The notes: generated by a model not told the origin, from the letters alone. DNA of 64,000 nucleotides from Owenia fusiformis (GCA_903813345.2 CAIIXF020000001.1:24180001-24244000); one strand, 5' to 3'. Numbered from the stretch's first letter, positions 12,901 through 27,030 are shown. Translations and numbers: made by a program.

Positions 12901-15900
12901 CTCTTATTTTTAACATTGGGAAACCCTCACTTCAGCAAATCCACCTGTCATTTATTTATGTTCCAATCTGTATCAGATGTTTTTTAATTGAATTACAGTA
13001 ATGTTGTATTTCAGTCCAGTTTTGCCTTAGTTATCCCACCTCGATTTATTTTTTTAATCCCGGCTTTGACTACAACCTAGTCAGTCACTGAATAAAGTGA
13101 AGAGCTATACTGTTGTGAACTTCATGTATAGCTGACAATATATGTTTTAGGAACCAGACCCAAAGCAAACAATACCAAATGCCGCATCAACGATATTTAC
13201 TTTGATTAATACATGGATGGAGTTTTGGATCATATGACTGCTGAAAGTGCAGTGTAATGTTATGCTGAACAACTGAAATGTACAGGTAGGCAATTAAACA
13301 GTGTTTCAGTGTTTACCAATATTATTAGAGTATAGTACATAATTACAACTTATGTACATGTACAAGCTTTATAATATTGATTATAATTAATGTAGTATAG
13401 TACAATACAATATACTGTTTTACAATATATTACAACATGTACAAAAGTGTTTAACAGTATATGTTCAGCATGGAGATCATATATGTACATCAAAAGGGAT
13501 GTATCAATAATTTATCTACTGTATTCATACAGGCAGTTATACAGTACCTGTACCTGTAACATGGGTGAAGCCAAACTTGAGACAGGTGAGGCTTTTGCCT
13601 CACCACCATCTTTCAGGAAAACATTTATTTGGACAATATGTGTATATTAAGTCTGTGAAGATAAAGGAAAGCACATTATTCTAGTATTGCCCCAATAAAA
13701 TCAATTTGATCTCTGGAAGAGGCAGATTTCAGTATAAATATTTTTCTGAAATTTGCCTCATTTCCATTATGGCTACTCCCTTGTATATAGTAAATGTTAT
13801 GTTATATAGAGATTATTTAATGGGAGAGATGGTATATGAATTTTATTCTGTGGGAAAATATAATATTGGCCAAGGAAAATATCATATCGACCAAGGGCAA
13901 TAGCCCAAGTGTCAAAGTGATATTCTTCGAGGTCAATATCATATTTTCTCAGGGAAAATATTAATATTCCAACACAACTGAAACTTTCGAATTTTTTTCT
14001 TTTGAAAAGTTTTGAATGTCATTACCCAATGATTGTGTGATATAAAATGATACAATTGAATTCATCATACAGATTAAAATTTTCAACTTTAGTTAGAACA
14101 AGTTTTAAAATAATAAATAATTGGAAATCCCTGGGAATACATGTAGTTCTAATATCGGATCCAATACGGGATCTGATACAGGATTTTGCCTTTATTTATT
14201 TCCCAGGGAAAACATGCTATTATAATTATGGAATAAATATTGATATACAATGATCTTTCCTTCACAGCACAAAGAGAAGAGGAGTAACTCAAAGATTGCA
14301 GTAGGCTATACAGCGGGAAAATACAGTACATCCATCCCTGAATGAAAGCCTTCATTGAGATGCTGCTAAATATCTAAATATGAGTTTGATACAGAAAGCA
14401 ACACTGGAGTCATATTGGACAAAAACAAGGTAATGATTTTTTATCACTGATGGCCAAGGGGAAAGGCAGGTGTCATTCTTAGCCTAAAGGCTGAAAGGCC
14501 ATTTCTTTGTACTTTTCTTTGGCATTTTTGAAAAAAGTGGACCCAAAGCTCATTTATTTAAATTCAAGTCCCGCAAGTCAATTTCCAGAGCCAACCCTGA
14601 ACATATGTGTATTGCCATTATTGTGACACTATAACCTTTTCATAAGATTAATTAGACTAATCAGAAGACTGATTATAGAGTATTTTATAGGTCATGTACA
14701 GAAACAGGGCACTATGTAAAAAAAACAAAAACATTTTGTAATGTATGAATTCAAATCATGAAGTGATGATAAAAAGTACTGTATATGAAAAAATGAGAAT
14801 TCGGCCCAAAATGAAAAATTTGTCTAAAATGAAGATTTTTGAAGGAAAAAGAATTTAATTTTAGAAAAGAAAATTCGAAAAATGAAAAATCATGATCCTA
14901 GGGAAATAAACCCCATGTTCAATCCCTCCCAGTAAATAACCTCTATGCATTTTCTCATTATAGATGGAATCAGGCAACCCCCAGTGAGGAAAAAACTTTA
15001 CGAGAGACCGATTTCAGCTGCTTTTGCGGTTCTGGCACATCAACAATAATGAGGTTGCAGTAGTTGAAGACAAGCCTGGCTGCGACCCCTATATCAAGGT
15101 CAGGTGCTTGGTTTCTGCATTCAACAGGAATTCTGCCATAATACTCTCCATGGAAACATTGCTCTGGATGAGGGGCTGGTCTCTATGAGCAATAGGTAAA
15201 ATTTTTACCTGATAACTTTCTGTGAAAATATGTAATACAAGACCCTATTTTTACACTTTTATATTTTGCTTTCACATTTAGAACATATTCACACCACAGG
15301 AAAAGTGCATTACTTTCCTGGTTAATGCCATATATCTTTAGACAAGTTACATGAAATAACTTTATTTTATTTTTTTCTTTGTTCCTCTCAGACATTTGAT
15401 TTAGTTTACCCTGAAAACAGAAGAAGGGTACTACTGAAATTAAATCAACAAAAATCTATTTACTTTCTTATTGTTTCTAAGGTGGGATATGTCCTGAACA
15501 TAGAATTCACTCAAATAAGCACATGATGCAGTAAGATAATCACTGATTATAGGTAAAAATCAATATGTTGCGGGATATGCACTAAGTAGGAAGAATATTA
15601 TATATTATTATATCACTATCATATTCCTCACTCTCTGATTGGTCCATGCCCTACATGTGACTTAATAAACAAGCGATATTCATCTGTCACAACTTAGTCC
15701 AGTGTAATTTTGATTGTATATATTCCGAGGGTACATTGTTATGATTAATTAGACATCAATAGTTTGTCATTCCATATATGTGAGTGAGGAATATAACAGT
15801 GAATAATAAAATAAATATTTAATTCTATTTTCGGTGAATGCTTGTGACACTTTCACAAGATATTCAACTTGCACTTCGGGCTTCGCGAAATATCACTAGT

Positions 15901-18900
15901 GAAAGATGCCCAGGTATTCAACCTCAATAGAATTAAATATTTGTATATTATTTCTGACTGGTGTATATTGTAACTTCTAAACAGTAGAAAGAACATATTG
16001 AACAGACTCAGTGAAATACATGTCTCAAGAAAGAAATCATGGTACATAGATTTGTACAAAATATTTATTGAACATATAGCGCATTTTCTGAAACTCGGTC
16101 ATATGATAAGTAAAACTAATATTTGTTATACAAATGTTAATCAGATAATCATTAACATATTGCAGGATAACAATGATTTATGGGGACAGTGGATAGCACA
16201 GATCAAATGATCACACAGTGATGGATGAACTCCAATACTGTCAAAAAGTGGGCGTTGCAATACTCAGTTAAATGCTGCTAAACTCTTACATTGTATATGG
16301 AGCACACAGATACAGAAAAGACAATGCAAAGGTATGTAGTTTAAGAAAACTCATGTCAGCATGAGCTACAGGTATGGTCGAAACTGATCATTGAGAGGGT
16401 ACCTTTGGTACATACATGTACATATACTAGCTAATCTTTTCACTAGGTGTCGAGTTTGCAACTGTTCTGAACAGTTAGCTAGCCCCTTGACTGTCAAGTC
16501 TGATTATGAATTTCCATTACCCTCATATGGCAGTGTAATCATGTAACAAATGTATATTGTATCTTTTTTAAAGAAACTGATATAAAATGATTTTTTTTTC
16601 TTTAATTTTCTTTTAATCATTCAATCAATCACAATTTTGAATATACATCACAATATATATATCGATTTCAATGTAAGTGAACATTTATAAATAATATTAT
16701 TGATGTTTGTATTCAGATACTCATTTATGATTGACCTGATTGAGGGCCTAGCAACTGCCTCCTGTCCTGCACTTTAGTTAATGCACTAAGCCATTGGCCA
16801 GGGATATTACCTGACAACAAGAAAAGCAGTATGTTCTGTGTAGCCAGCTAGGGACCTGTCACCATTCCAGGACAGGAAATGTGGAAGGGGGTTCATTTGA
16901 AGTGTTTCTTCTAAACAGCAAGAGTAGAGGATATGAGTTTGAGCAACTCCTGCTGGCAGACACATTGAACATGAATATATAGTAATACTATAGCTCAGAA
17001 TATATAAGGGTTATGTACTGGGAGGTTTTGGATATGGGGTTTATCCAGAGGGAGATATGCATATCTACCTGAGGGACCGTAGGGACCGAAGGTAGATGTG
17101 CATATCTCACGAGGGATGAACCCAGTATCCAAACCCACCGTACATAACTGCTTTATCCTATACCAAGTAGAGTTTTCAGGGGCATATGGCCATTTCAATA
17201 GTACAAGGTGTATGCAAAGTCATTTTATTGCATTTCCACTACTTACCGGAAGCGGGAAGATATGCACCGAAGTGGGAAGATATGCACCGAAGCTGGAGAT
17301 ATGGCGGGAGATATGGAGGTTCTGGATATGGAAACCTCAAAATCAGGATACGGGATATATCTTACCAACTTATCTCCCTAAAACTCTACTTGGCATAGGA
17401 TAAATCTCATTCAATACCTTCTTCAACCAACAATCTGTAGGTTGAAATGTAAAAACGATGGGAAAAAATTAAAGGAAATTACAAGGGGCATAAATCAATC
17501 AATCTAAATGTCAAATTTATATGACTGTAACTTTTCAATATAAATAATGAATAAAACAAACAAACAAACAAACTAAGCATGACTTGTCAAGTTAAACCAT
17601 AATCTGTTGCCATGGTAACATACATTCATTGCCATAATGCCAACAATAAGTTAAAACTTTGAGCAGATTTTTTTGAGGATAGAATTGAAATCAATCTGGA
17701 CGCTAGTGAACTAATGTACTGTAAATTGCAAATTCTTACAAAATGTTACATCCACTTACCCATTGTCATGGTAACAGATATTGATATATGTATGTGTGAA
17801 ATTCTCTTATCTTCTATACATGTATTGATCTAGAATGATTTAATTAACTTCATATTTATTATATTATGTATTGATATCAGTAGACAAAATAAGATACAAA
17901 TGTAATAATTAATTGTTTTTGTAATACCACCAATATTTTGGTAAAAAATCAAGGATTTAGTAGAAAATGAGCTTTGATAAGATTATAAACGCTATGGTCG
18001 GCCGACGGTGCTATGTATTGTTCCAGATATCATCTGAAAATGACAAATTCATGGGCAATTGTATTTTTGTCTAGTTTTTTGTCCTATTTTATAATTTATA
18101 TTTGATTGCATGTGATGTAGGGGCAAATGGATTAATTCATGATAACCTATGAATTGTATTTTACAGCGTTACTTTTCTAATAAGTAAAATGGCGGCCATA
18201 TTGATGACGTCATATCTAATTTGCATATTTGAATAATTTTTTCATAAAGATAATCATTTTAGCTTTCCAACGTTGTATCACACATGGTTCCTTCAGAAAT
18301 AATGACAAAGTTATGAAGTCAGATATACCGAGGCATAATTTTCTCTATTTTACCATGAAAAGTCTAGCACTGAGCCAAAAGCTCTTCATTCTTGAATTAG
18401 CAGCAAAATGAAATATTTGCCTTTTTTTGTAGCATTGATAGGGTTAAACCAATCAGTGAAGTCTATATTAATTGTTTGTCCAGTAACGCCATTTTACGAC
18501 ATTGCATAATTTTAGCTGATTTGGGCTTCATTTCACTTTATTTGAAAGACTTTTAAAAATATAATAATGAGTCAGTATTTTTTCTTATAAATATTAATAT
18601 TTGAATTTGAGGTCAGTCCGAAAATTTGATCAACTGATTGAAATCACATTTTAAAGAGGTGAAGAAGTGAATAATTACAGGAGCAAACGTGATCAATGGT
18701 TCGAGATCTCCCGCAAAGTAGTCGCTACGCTCCTACTTTGCGCTGCCTTTGGCAGAGGAGACCTCGAAAAAAATTGTATAGGACATTAATAAAGCTAGAA
18801 ATGTAGATATTAAAGAAGCACATGGCAGCCATCTTGAAAAATGGCGACCTTTACTTGTTATTTTACGATTTTTGCTGTAACTCGAAAAGTAGTGGAGCGA

Positions 18901-21900
18901 TTTTGTTCATATTTGGTATGTGAATACTATAAGCTTGGCACACTGTCTTATGACACTTTTGGTTGAAGGCGGCCATTTTGAAAAATGGCCACCATTTTAA
19001 TGTATTTTACTTTAAGTCGAAAAGTAGTGGAGCGATTTTGTTCATATTTGGTATGTGAATACTATAAGCATGGCACACTGTCTAATGACACTTTTGGTAG
19101 AAGGTGGCCATTCTTGCTATATATAATGTAATTCAAAAAATTGCAAAGTATTTAAACTTAACTTAGGATATATCACATATACATAAGATAAATAAACTCT
19201 TTCAAAGTGTCATCTCAGATAAGGGCTGGCTATTTTTGTTGAGTAGGTGACACTTTAATCAATAAATAAATACTAAATGTTTTTCCAGGATAAAATAATA
19301 GAAGGCAGGCTGGCAGATGTTATGCTAGCTGCACACTATGCCAGTGAGGTGGCTATTAGAATGGTCAAACCAGGCAATGAAAACTACATGGTAACAGAGG
19401 CTATACAAAAAGTTGCAGAAGCATTCAAATGCAAACCAATAGAAGGTAAAATGATCAGATATACAAAGAATATATACCAGTTGCAAAAAGCTCTCTTTAT
19501 TTTTGGCACATTGGCAAATTAAATGCTTTAAAAAACGTTTCACAATTGGCTTGGGAGTAGCCAGCCAGCCATGAGTCAAATGAGGCAACTGTTTCTCCAA
19601 AATAATACAGAAAATACTTAAGTATCAATTGAGTATTCGGATTTTTTTTCAATTGAACATGTGAAATTAATGTCTATTGCCTTGAAGCTCACATGGGTGA
19701 CAATAATGTCTAGGATGCCCTAAGGCCTTTCACCATATGAGCCCAATACCCAATTTTTTGCCTTACCTGTTTTGAATCCTATGCTGTCTGTTAAAATGGT
19801 GAACTTTTACTTTTTGGTATGTTTCTATTAATTAGTATTAATTATTAGTATGATATCAGAAAGAGAGGCACCTCATGAAAAATATTTGAAGACTCCAGAT
19901 GTTTGAAAAACCTTTTGAGCTACTGAGGTATTTTTTATTGTTTTTATTTCATAACTACTGGTTTTTATTTCCAGGAATGTTATCACATCAGCTCAGTAAA
20001 CAAATAATAGACGGTGAAAAGGCCATCATTCTTAACCCATCAGAGGCCCATAGGTAAGTTCATGATTATTACAGACTTGCTTAGCTTATTCCACCGTGCC
20101 AAACCAGTGGCTGTAATCTGATATCTGCATGTACATCTGTATGTGCATGTTCATGATTGATATCTGTATGTATTAGTACAAAAAGAAAACAACAGATTTT
20201 CTTTTAGTTATCATTATCATGACTGGTTAATGGCCAATCAAGTTTCCTATTCTGGTATTGTATGCAGTTGAGAATTTTGATCCGTGCAAGTATTGCTATA
20301 TTTTGTATGAACTTTTACTTTGTTACAGTATCAGAACTGTCACTTTGTGTTATTATATGAAGTCTCACTTACTATAATAATGTCTGAATTGATGTTTATG
20401 TTATGTAAACTTCCATTTAATGTAACATTTAAGGATTCATCGTGAGCACTACATATTTCAGGAAAGAACATGCCAAATGTGAGTTTGATGTTCATGAGGT
20501 GTATGCCCTGGACATGCTTATTAGTACTGGAGAAGGCAAAGGCAGGGAACGAGACGCTAAACCAACAGTTTATAAAAAGAGTGATTCAACATATTCACTA
20601 AAAATGAAAGCATCTAGGCGTAAGTGGAATTACTCTTTCACTCTCACTTTAAATTCCTGTATTTCATACTTACTTCTGACAACACCAAATGGGGAACAAT
20701 ATGAAAGGAATGGAAGATTTATAATCTTTGATAACTAAAAAAACAGTGGACAGATTTGGTTCAAATTTTATATGCTTTATACCTAGGGATGAAGGAGCTC
20801 TGTTAAAGAAGAAATTTTCAATATGGCCACTATTTATCAAAACATGTTTTGTTAGGTGGGAATTGCTGTTTCCTAGTTCAACAATATATAACGTACTAGA
20901 TTGTGACATGCTGTCATCTTAATGCCTCGTACATTGTCTGTGACAGCAGTCGTCTGTTTTCCAACTAAACATGGACTCATTATCTTTTTTACTATTTCAG
21001 AATTCTTTAGTGAGATGGATAAGAAATTTTCAACAATGCCTTTCACAATAAGATCTTTTGAGGAGGAGAAAAAAGCCAAGATGGGAGTTGTAGAGTGCTT
21101 AAAGCATGACCTCGTAGAAGCATTCCCAGTCTTGTATGAACGAGATGGTAAGCACTCGTCTTTTTGTACAGTTCATGATTAATGATTGGCTGCAAAGACA
21201 AAGAGTTAATATAAACATGTTGTAAGCAAACCTCATATAGTACCATTCAAAAAGTTCTGAAAAGCAAGCCTAATGTCTTGTTTAAGGACCCTCTTCTTAC
21301 TATTGAAAATGCATTCCTGCAAAACTATCCAGCTTGAATCCACTTGTTGAGATTTGATCAACTTGAGTTCCGAGAAAATGAGGATTTAAGCAAGGGTGCA
21401 TTGATTTAACATGGGGTTGACCATTGACTTAGCATCGGGGTTCCATCATATATGTCACCATGGGGATAGATACAAAATCCTCATTTTCTTGGAAAAACTC
21501 TTAATTGATTGAATCTCAACAAGTAGATTCGTGTTGGAAAGAATTGCTAGAACAGTGCTAGTTATCACATCTTTGAAATTTAGGAGGAATACATGCAGTT
21601 TACTGTTTTTTTTATAGAAAATACAGCTCTCATTTGGACCAATCCATTTTGTCATTGTAATATCTCTTGTAATTTCTCCTCTCCCAACTTCGTTTTCGGC
21701 TTTAATTGGTACTTTTTACATAAACACACTTTGCTTGAATTGTAGGTGAAACAGTTGTTCAGATGAAGTTCACAGTACTCCTGATGCCAAATGGCCCAAT
21801 GAAAATCACAGGACCCACATTTAACCCAGACCTCTACAAATCGGAATATAAAATAGAAGATGAAGAAATAAATGTAAGGAAATGTCTTCATTCGTTTTTA

Positions 21901-22499
21901 TTATGTAGCTGAATCAAAATTTAAGGTGACCATTTGGATTTTCCATCCTAAAATCTTGTAGGATGAATTGATTACTGTTGGGCATTAAATCTATATTGGA
22001 TCACCCAAGTTGTGGGAAAATGGTGTACATATTTGTGTGTCATTGTTTATTCAAAGCAGTTCTGCTTGAAACTGTATTATGTTCAATAATATCTTGCATA
22101 CAGTATCAAGGATTCTATTTTGATGTTTTATTTCTGGAAGTCGTGTGGCAGTGCTCTCCCCACAAATCACTGTTCGCTACCTCAGTGTTTTTCATTTGCT
22201 CCTCAGTTCAATGTGTTTCATAAGATATTGTAATAAAATCACAAAATTGTGAAATGTTGCACGAGAAAAATAACATAATCAAATAAATATCAAGACTCGA
22301 TTTTAGATCAGTCTTAAGAAACCTAATAAAGTCTATTCTATATGAAAAATCATGCTTCTTTTACTTCCAGAAACTCCTGGCCACCTCTGTGTCAAGAAAG
22401 GCTAACAAAAAGAAGAAGAAGAAGGCCGTAGAGCAGACTCAGGCAGCCACTACTGAATCTGAAGACCCACCTCAGCTTGTTGAGAAACCAGAGGCATAA
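6903..22499 (+). CDS. PA2G4: Proliferation-associated protein 2G4 (EBP1), complete, 10 coding exons, 397 aa
   Basis: Exons 6903-6993, 9579-9707, 10688-10793, 11041-11110, 19289-19445, 19975-20053, 20462-20619, 21001-21147, 21746-21873, 22371-22499. All GT-AG and phase-compatible, total 1194 nt. Motifs [61 protein letters not shown] and the Lys-rich [12 protein letters not shown] tail. AATAAA at 23173. Confidence 0.97.
7304..8049. mobile_element. Foldback element with ~315-bp near-perfect inverted arms and an 8-bp TSD, in PA2G4 intron 1
   Basis: Arms ~7304-7620 and ~7730-8049; TSD ATGGTCAG at 7296-7303 and 8050-8057. Confidence 0.9.
8766..9335. mobile_element. hAT-type MITE
   Basis: TIR TAGAGCTGGCATC / GATGCCAGCTCTA; 8-bp TSD ATCTTGAT at 8758-8765 and 9336-9343; subterminal GTCGA repeats. 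Confidence 0.85.
9722..10169. mobile_element. hAT-type MITE
   Basis: TIR TAGTGTTGTCGCGAT / ATCGCGACAACACTA; 8-bp TSD GTATAAGC at 9714-9721 and 10170-10177; subterminal ATCG motifs. Confidence 0.88.
11133..11380 (+). mobile_element. Left part of a HINE/Helentron-like non-autonomous element
   Basis: TTATTATCC start, small hairpin ending GAAGGTCGGAGGGATA, TCCGTCCG, then a core with GTTCATATTT and AAAATGGCC. Related cores at ~18830-19110, ~20730-20830 and ~62050-62410. Confidence 0.5.
11941..16910 (+). pseudogene. piggyBac (PGBD4-like) transposase pseudogene in several exon-like pieces
   Basis: ~14340-14429 MKAFI..LL../[17 protein letters not shown]; ~15005-15182 [16 protein letters not shown]...DPYIKVR.../NIALDEGLV; ~16166-16310 [12 protein letters not shown]...MLLNSYIVY; Cys remnants ~16830-16910; acidic start after ATG 11941. 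Multiple stops and frameshifts. Confidence 0.8.
17003..17404. mobile_element. Hairpin-bearing non-autonomous element (Crypton-like architecture) inside the piggyBac
   Basis: Imperfect hairpin ~17010-17150 centred on GGACCGTAGGGACC; inverted pair TTTATCCTATACCAAGTAGAGTTTT (~17152) / AAAACTCTACTTGGCATAGGATAAA (~17380-17404). Confidence 0.5.
18830..19112. repeat. Two tandem ~134-bp core repeats of a HINE-like element
   Basis: TCGAAAAGTAGTGGAGCGATTTTGTTCATATTTGGTATGTGAATACTATAAGC occurs at ~18882 and ~19017. Confidence 0.7.
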
Positions 22500-24552
22500 T
22501 CTAGCACAACTCCATCCTCCATGTTAAATGTTGCCACACATATACCAGCAGTTTACTATCAACTCTACATAATGCAATGTTAGAACATTGGAACACCTTC
22601 TTGGTTGGGTTTGAGGCGAGGATTTTGCCAAATGTTTTGGAGATTTTGAATCTTTAGAAATAGGAGAAATTAGTATCTCCAGAATTGAACATCGACTTGA
22701 TACACATGATTTATATGAGTTATAATTATTTGGACTAATGAAGGACTTGATTTCATAAGAGGCAGTTATTTTAGAGAGTGCAGTGAAAGAATATTTCTGG
22801 ATTTGAAACATATTGGATTAAATGAAATAACTGATGAATATGGCGCATGAGTATCGAAATTTATATTTATAGAAATTTTATAGTGATGCTAAATATTAGA
22901 AGTTCAGAAATGAAGTTTATCATTGAATATCATGCCAATTAAGTTGAAATTATGAGTGAATCTTACAAAAAACAGGTGAATAACTGGGTCATAGTAATCT
23001 ACCTACAAAAGCCTCCAATTCTAGCCAAGTTTTCTCTTGAAAATCTTGTTGAACTTGCTACTACATAGTATATTTTGATATTCCAAAGTGACTTTGGAAA
23101 GTATTTTTATTGTTACTTTATTATTAAAATATTTGCCGATGTACTGGATAGGCGCTGGGTATGGTATTTCTTAATAAATTGCAAATATGACGAGAATTAA
23201 CTACTCCTGTTCCATCATTTGGCATTTCTCAGTTCTTCTGAAGTTTTTCTAAAATCATACTAAATGATTCTATGAAGAATGTGTCAGCATACTGTACCTA
23301 TGTGAAAACAAAAGACACTTAAGTCTTTAAGAGGGATGTTTCTGACTGAGCGCAAAATGCTGCAGGGGACATCTAGAAAGTTTTGCGCTAAATTTTACAT
23401 GTGTGTATACGCTTACACATTCTATTCTCAAAATTCAATTGGTTCGTTGCGTACCATCACTACCTCTCTGACTATGTTAAATCAATTGTACAATTCCGGC
23501 TCAGGGCATGATCTCCAAAACCTGGAGAAATTAGTCCTGTCTGTAATAGTGAATCAACAACGGCAAATCTTAAATACAACATAAATGATAACATTTACAA
23601 CTCATTTTACCATAGAAATTGGTGATTAATGTTGCATGTGTTTTAGGCAAAAATTTCCGAGGATTAACAATTTGTAATATGTCAAGATCGGTAATCACTA
23701 TTACTACATGTTTTCAAAATGGCGGTTTTAAAATTTTCTAAAATCACATCAAATAATTTTATATTAATTTCTTGTTTACCTATATCATAATCATAGCTTG
23801 TTATTTCACTACAAGATAAAGAAATGTGTAAGCAATTAGATTTTATCGATTAAAACATCTCATTTACATGTGGTATTCGTAAACTAGCTGGTAAAAATTA
23901 CGAATGCGGGGGGGTTGCAATGACGTCAAGGGAATTCTCAACGAACTGCATAGCAATGGTGTTAATAAACAATTTCTGATCGCAAAAGGTCAATTCATTC
24001 ACTTATTTTTATCAGTTTCTCACGAATTACTTAATATTTTTCTTACGAATGAATTTTTACAACATAAGAAATAAACATTTTATAAAATATGATGAATTAA
24101 ATCAGTAGCAAAAAAACTATGTACTAATTACAATTGTACATATTTCCTTCAAATACAAATGAAACTAATCTCCTGATATACTCCCAAGTTATGCCCCTGA
24201 TGGTCTGACTGATGGAGGGCTTCCCTATATTCGTACCACTATATTGGGATCATAAAATAGTTTCTGGAGGGAATTCAAGTAAGCTTACATTGATTAAAGG
24301 AAAAATAAAAATGATTTACACTTGTGAAGTACATTTTTTAGGACAATAATTGATTTTATAGAGGTTATTTACTGGGGGGATTGAATCTGGATTACATACT
24401 AAAAGACTGAGGAAATAAGTATCCTACATCCATGGTGTGAAATGATTTTGAGATGCTTTAAGTATCATGATGATCAACTTAAAAAATGATAAAATACATG
24501 TTTATATATTCATGAAACATTTTGTTGCTGTTTGCTTACGTTTCTGTTTTAA

Positions 24553-24829
24553 AGTGCCATTACGGTGATTATGGGAGTTTTACATTCGTAGGCAAGCGCT
24601 CCATCTGGCCGTTCAGAACACAGTATAACAAATGCACCAAGTAGTCCACATAATGCGTCACTGCCTAAAACCCATAACTGGGTGGAATCATGTTTTTCCC
24701 ACGAAATCTTATTTTGCCATGAATGAATGATTAGAATAAATTGTGAATCTGAATGACTATTATTTTCCTTACCAATATCCACTGAATCTATTTTAGTGAG
24801 AAAAACATAAAAATTACTGAAATGGCACT
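24553..24829. mobile_element. Kolobok-like MITE (TTAA flanks, purine-starting TIR)
   Basis: TTAA|AGTGCCATT...AATGGCACT|TTAA (TTAA at 24549-24552 and 24830-24833). Confidence 0.65.
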
Positions 24830-26171
24830 TTAAAAATAAACATTTTTGAAAACATAAACATGTAAGAAAGGGCATGACCAGATGAATGTGATTCCAAAAC
24901 GGATGACCGGGTGAATACGATTTAGGGATGGTATGAACAAATTACATAAATACACACTACTATACCTAACACCTAGAAATGCATAAGATACTTTGTTTGT
25001 CTAATTGAATTGTTTAATATATTTTTGAAAGTACCTTAATTAACATCTAACTTTCAACCGATAAACCATTAATAAGAAACAGACAAATAAAAACAAATAC
25101 ATAATCATTACTAATAAGCCAAATGGGTTGCTCATGAACACCAAATGCAAGGTATAGTAGAGTGAAATAATAGATTTTTCAAAGGAAATTGCATGGACTG
25201 GAAAAAAGTCATAATTGACCATATCAACTGGAATGTTTTATGGAATAGCATTCACTGGTTTTAATTTCCCAAGAATTTTGAATTTTTCCATTTCCACCTG
25301 TTGTTGTCATTTGGCCTATTGTAACATTTCAGAGATTTTTATGGTATAGGCCTACTATAAACAGGTTATTTTTGGTTGGGATATAATATGGGTTTTATCC
25401 TTAGAATCTTGTAATGACACTCAATCACTATACTCGCTTCGTCAATATCACCTTGTCATTAGAAATGAAACTCGTTTTCAATCCTTCCCAGTAAATAATG
25501 TTTCGTATGTTTATTTATTTATTGATCTGGTCCCTTACAAAAAATAGTAATAGTGACAATGCAGTCATATCAAAATTGAGTGTGGGTATTGGACATACTA
25601 TAATAAACATGAAGCAAAGGTGATTAATTCAAAATGTCAACTTCTAGAACAATCAGAATATTTTAGATCTCTCCAAATGCTGACCTCTTTGGATAATGAT
25701 TTTATCAAGGCAATTGAACATTATTTTGCAGCCAAGAAGCTAGTTTCATACATAATGAGGTAAGCAGAATTGGCATTACATCAGGGATTTGCATTGTGGA
25801 TTCATTTTTTTAAGTTCAATTCTCATAAATAGTTACATTATAAATACTGCCACAAGAATAAGTAAGTATATATAGCTTTAACAATAAGTTTTAGTTTATT
25901 ACATAATATAACTTTTTACATAAAATTCAAACAATCACTAGTTTATCAAAACATTCATATTCATGTTTGTTTCAAGAGTAAAAACAGCAATACTGAAAAA
26001 CAGTACCAGTATATGAATTATCTAAATAATTTGCAAATGGATCACAAATGTAATGTTTGGGTATGACTCTCACTTAGTAGTATACATTACAAGTTACAAA
26101 AATTTATTATCTTCATTATTAAAAGCTTCATTATTGAACACTGGACATGTTGGGCATACCCAGGCAAGAAG

Positions 26172-27030
26172 CCTGTATTTCCAACCAGGTGACAATGTAT
26201 TTTCAACTGGGTCACATGTATTTCCAACTGGGTCACATGTATTTCCAACTGGGTCACATGTATTTCCAACTGAGTCACCATGTATTTCATTCTGGGTCAC
26301 CATATGTTTCCAACTGGGTCACCAAGTATTTCCAACTGGGTCACCATGTATTTCAAACTGGGTCATCATGTATTTTCAACTGGGTCACATGTATTTCCAA
26401 ATGGGTCACCATATGTTTCCAACTGGGTCACATGTATTTCCAACTGAGTCACCATGTATTTCAATCTGGGTCACCATATGTTTCCAACTGGGTCACCAAG
26501 TATTTCCAACTGGGTCACCATGTATTTCAATCTGGGTCATCATGTATTTCAATCTGAGTCACCATGTATTTCAATCTGGGTCACCATGTATTTCCAACAG
26601 GGTCACCAAGTATTTCCAACTGGGTCACCATGTATTTCAATCTGGGTCACCATGTATTTCCAACAGGGTCACCATGTATTTCAATCTGGGTCACCATGTA
26701 TTTCAATCTGGGTCACCATGTATTTCAATCTGGGTCACCATATGTTTCCAACTGGGTCACCAAGTATTTCCAACTGGGTCACCATGTATTTCAATCTGGG
26801 TCATCATGTATTTCAATCTGAGTCACCATGTATTTCAATCTGGGTCACCATGTATTTCCAACAGGGTCACCAAGTATTTCCAACTGGGTCACCATGTATT
26901 TCAATCTGGGTCACCATGTATTTCCAACAGGGTCACCATGTATTTCAATCTGGGTCACCATGTATTTCAATCTGAATCACCATGTATTTCAATCTGGGTC
27001 ACCATGTATTCCCAGCAGGGTCACCATGTA
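26172..27030. repeat. 21-22-bp minisatellite (CTGGGTCACCATGTATTTCCAA and variants), ~39 units, with a 264-bp (12-unit) higher-order duplication
   Basis: Directly visible. ORF-track peptides starting at 26564 and 26828 begin identically, 264 bp apart. Confidence 0.95.

Larger units (their letters stand above)
11620..18443 (+). mobile_element. Decayed piggyBac DNA transposon (6.8 kb) in PA2G4 intron 4
   Basis: TTAA at 11616-11619 and 18444-18447; TIRs CCCCGTCAATGC / GCATTGATAGGG (10 of 12 match); left subterminal repeats GAGCCGATTAAATCGGC; internal transposase remnants. Confidence 0.85.
11445..18767. mobile_element. Short-TIR non-autonomous element split by the piggyBac insertion
   Basis: TCGAGGTCTCC (11445-11455) / GGAGACCTCGA (18757-18767); subterminal hairpin CGCAAAGTAG-tcgctacgctc-CTACTTTGCG at 18712-18742. 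No clear TSD. Confidence 0.45.
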
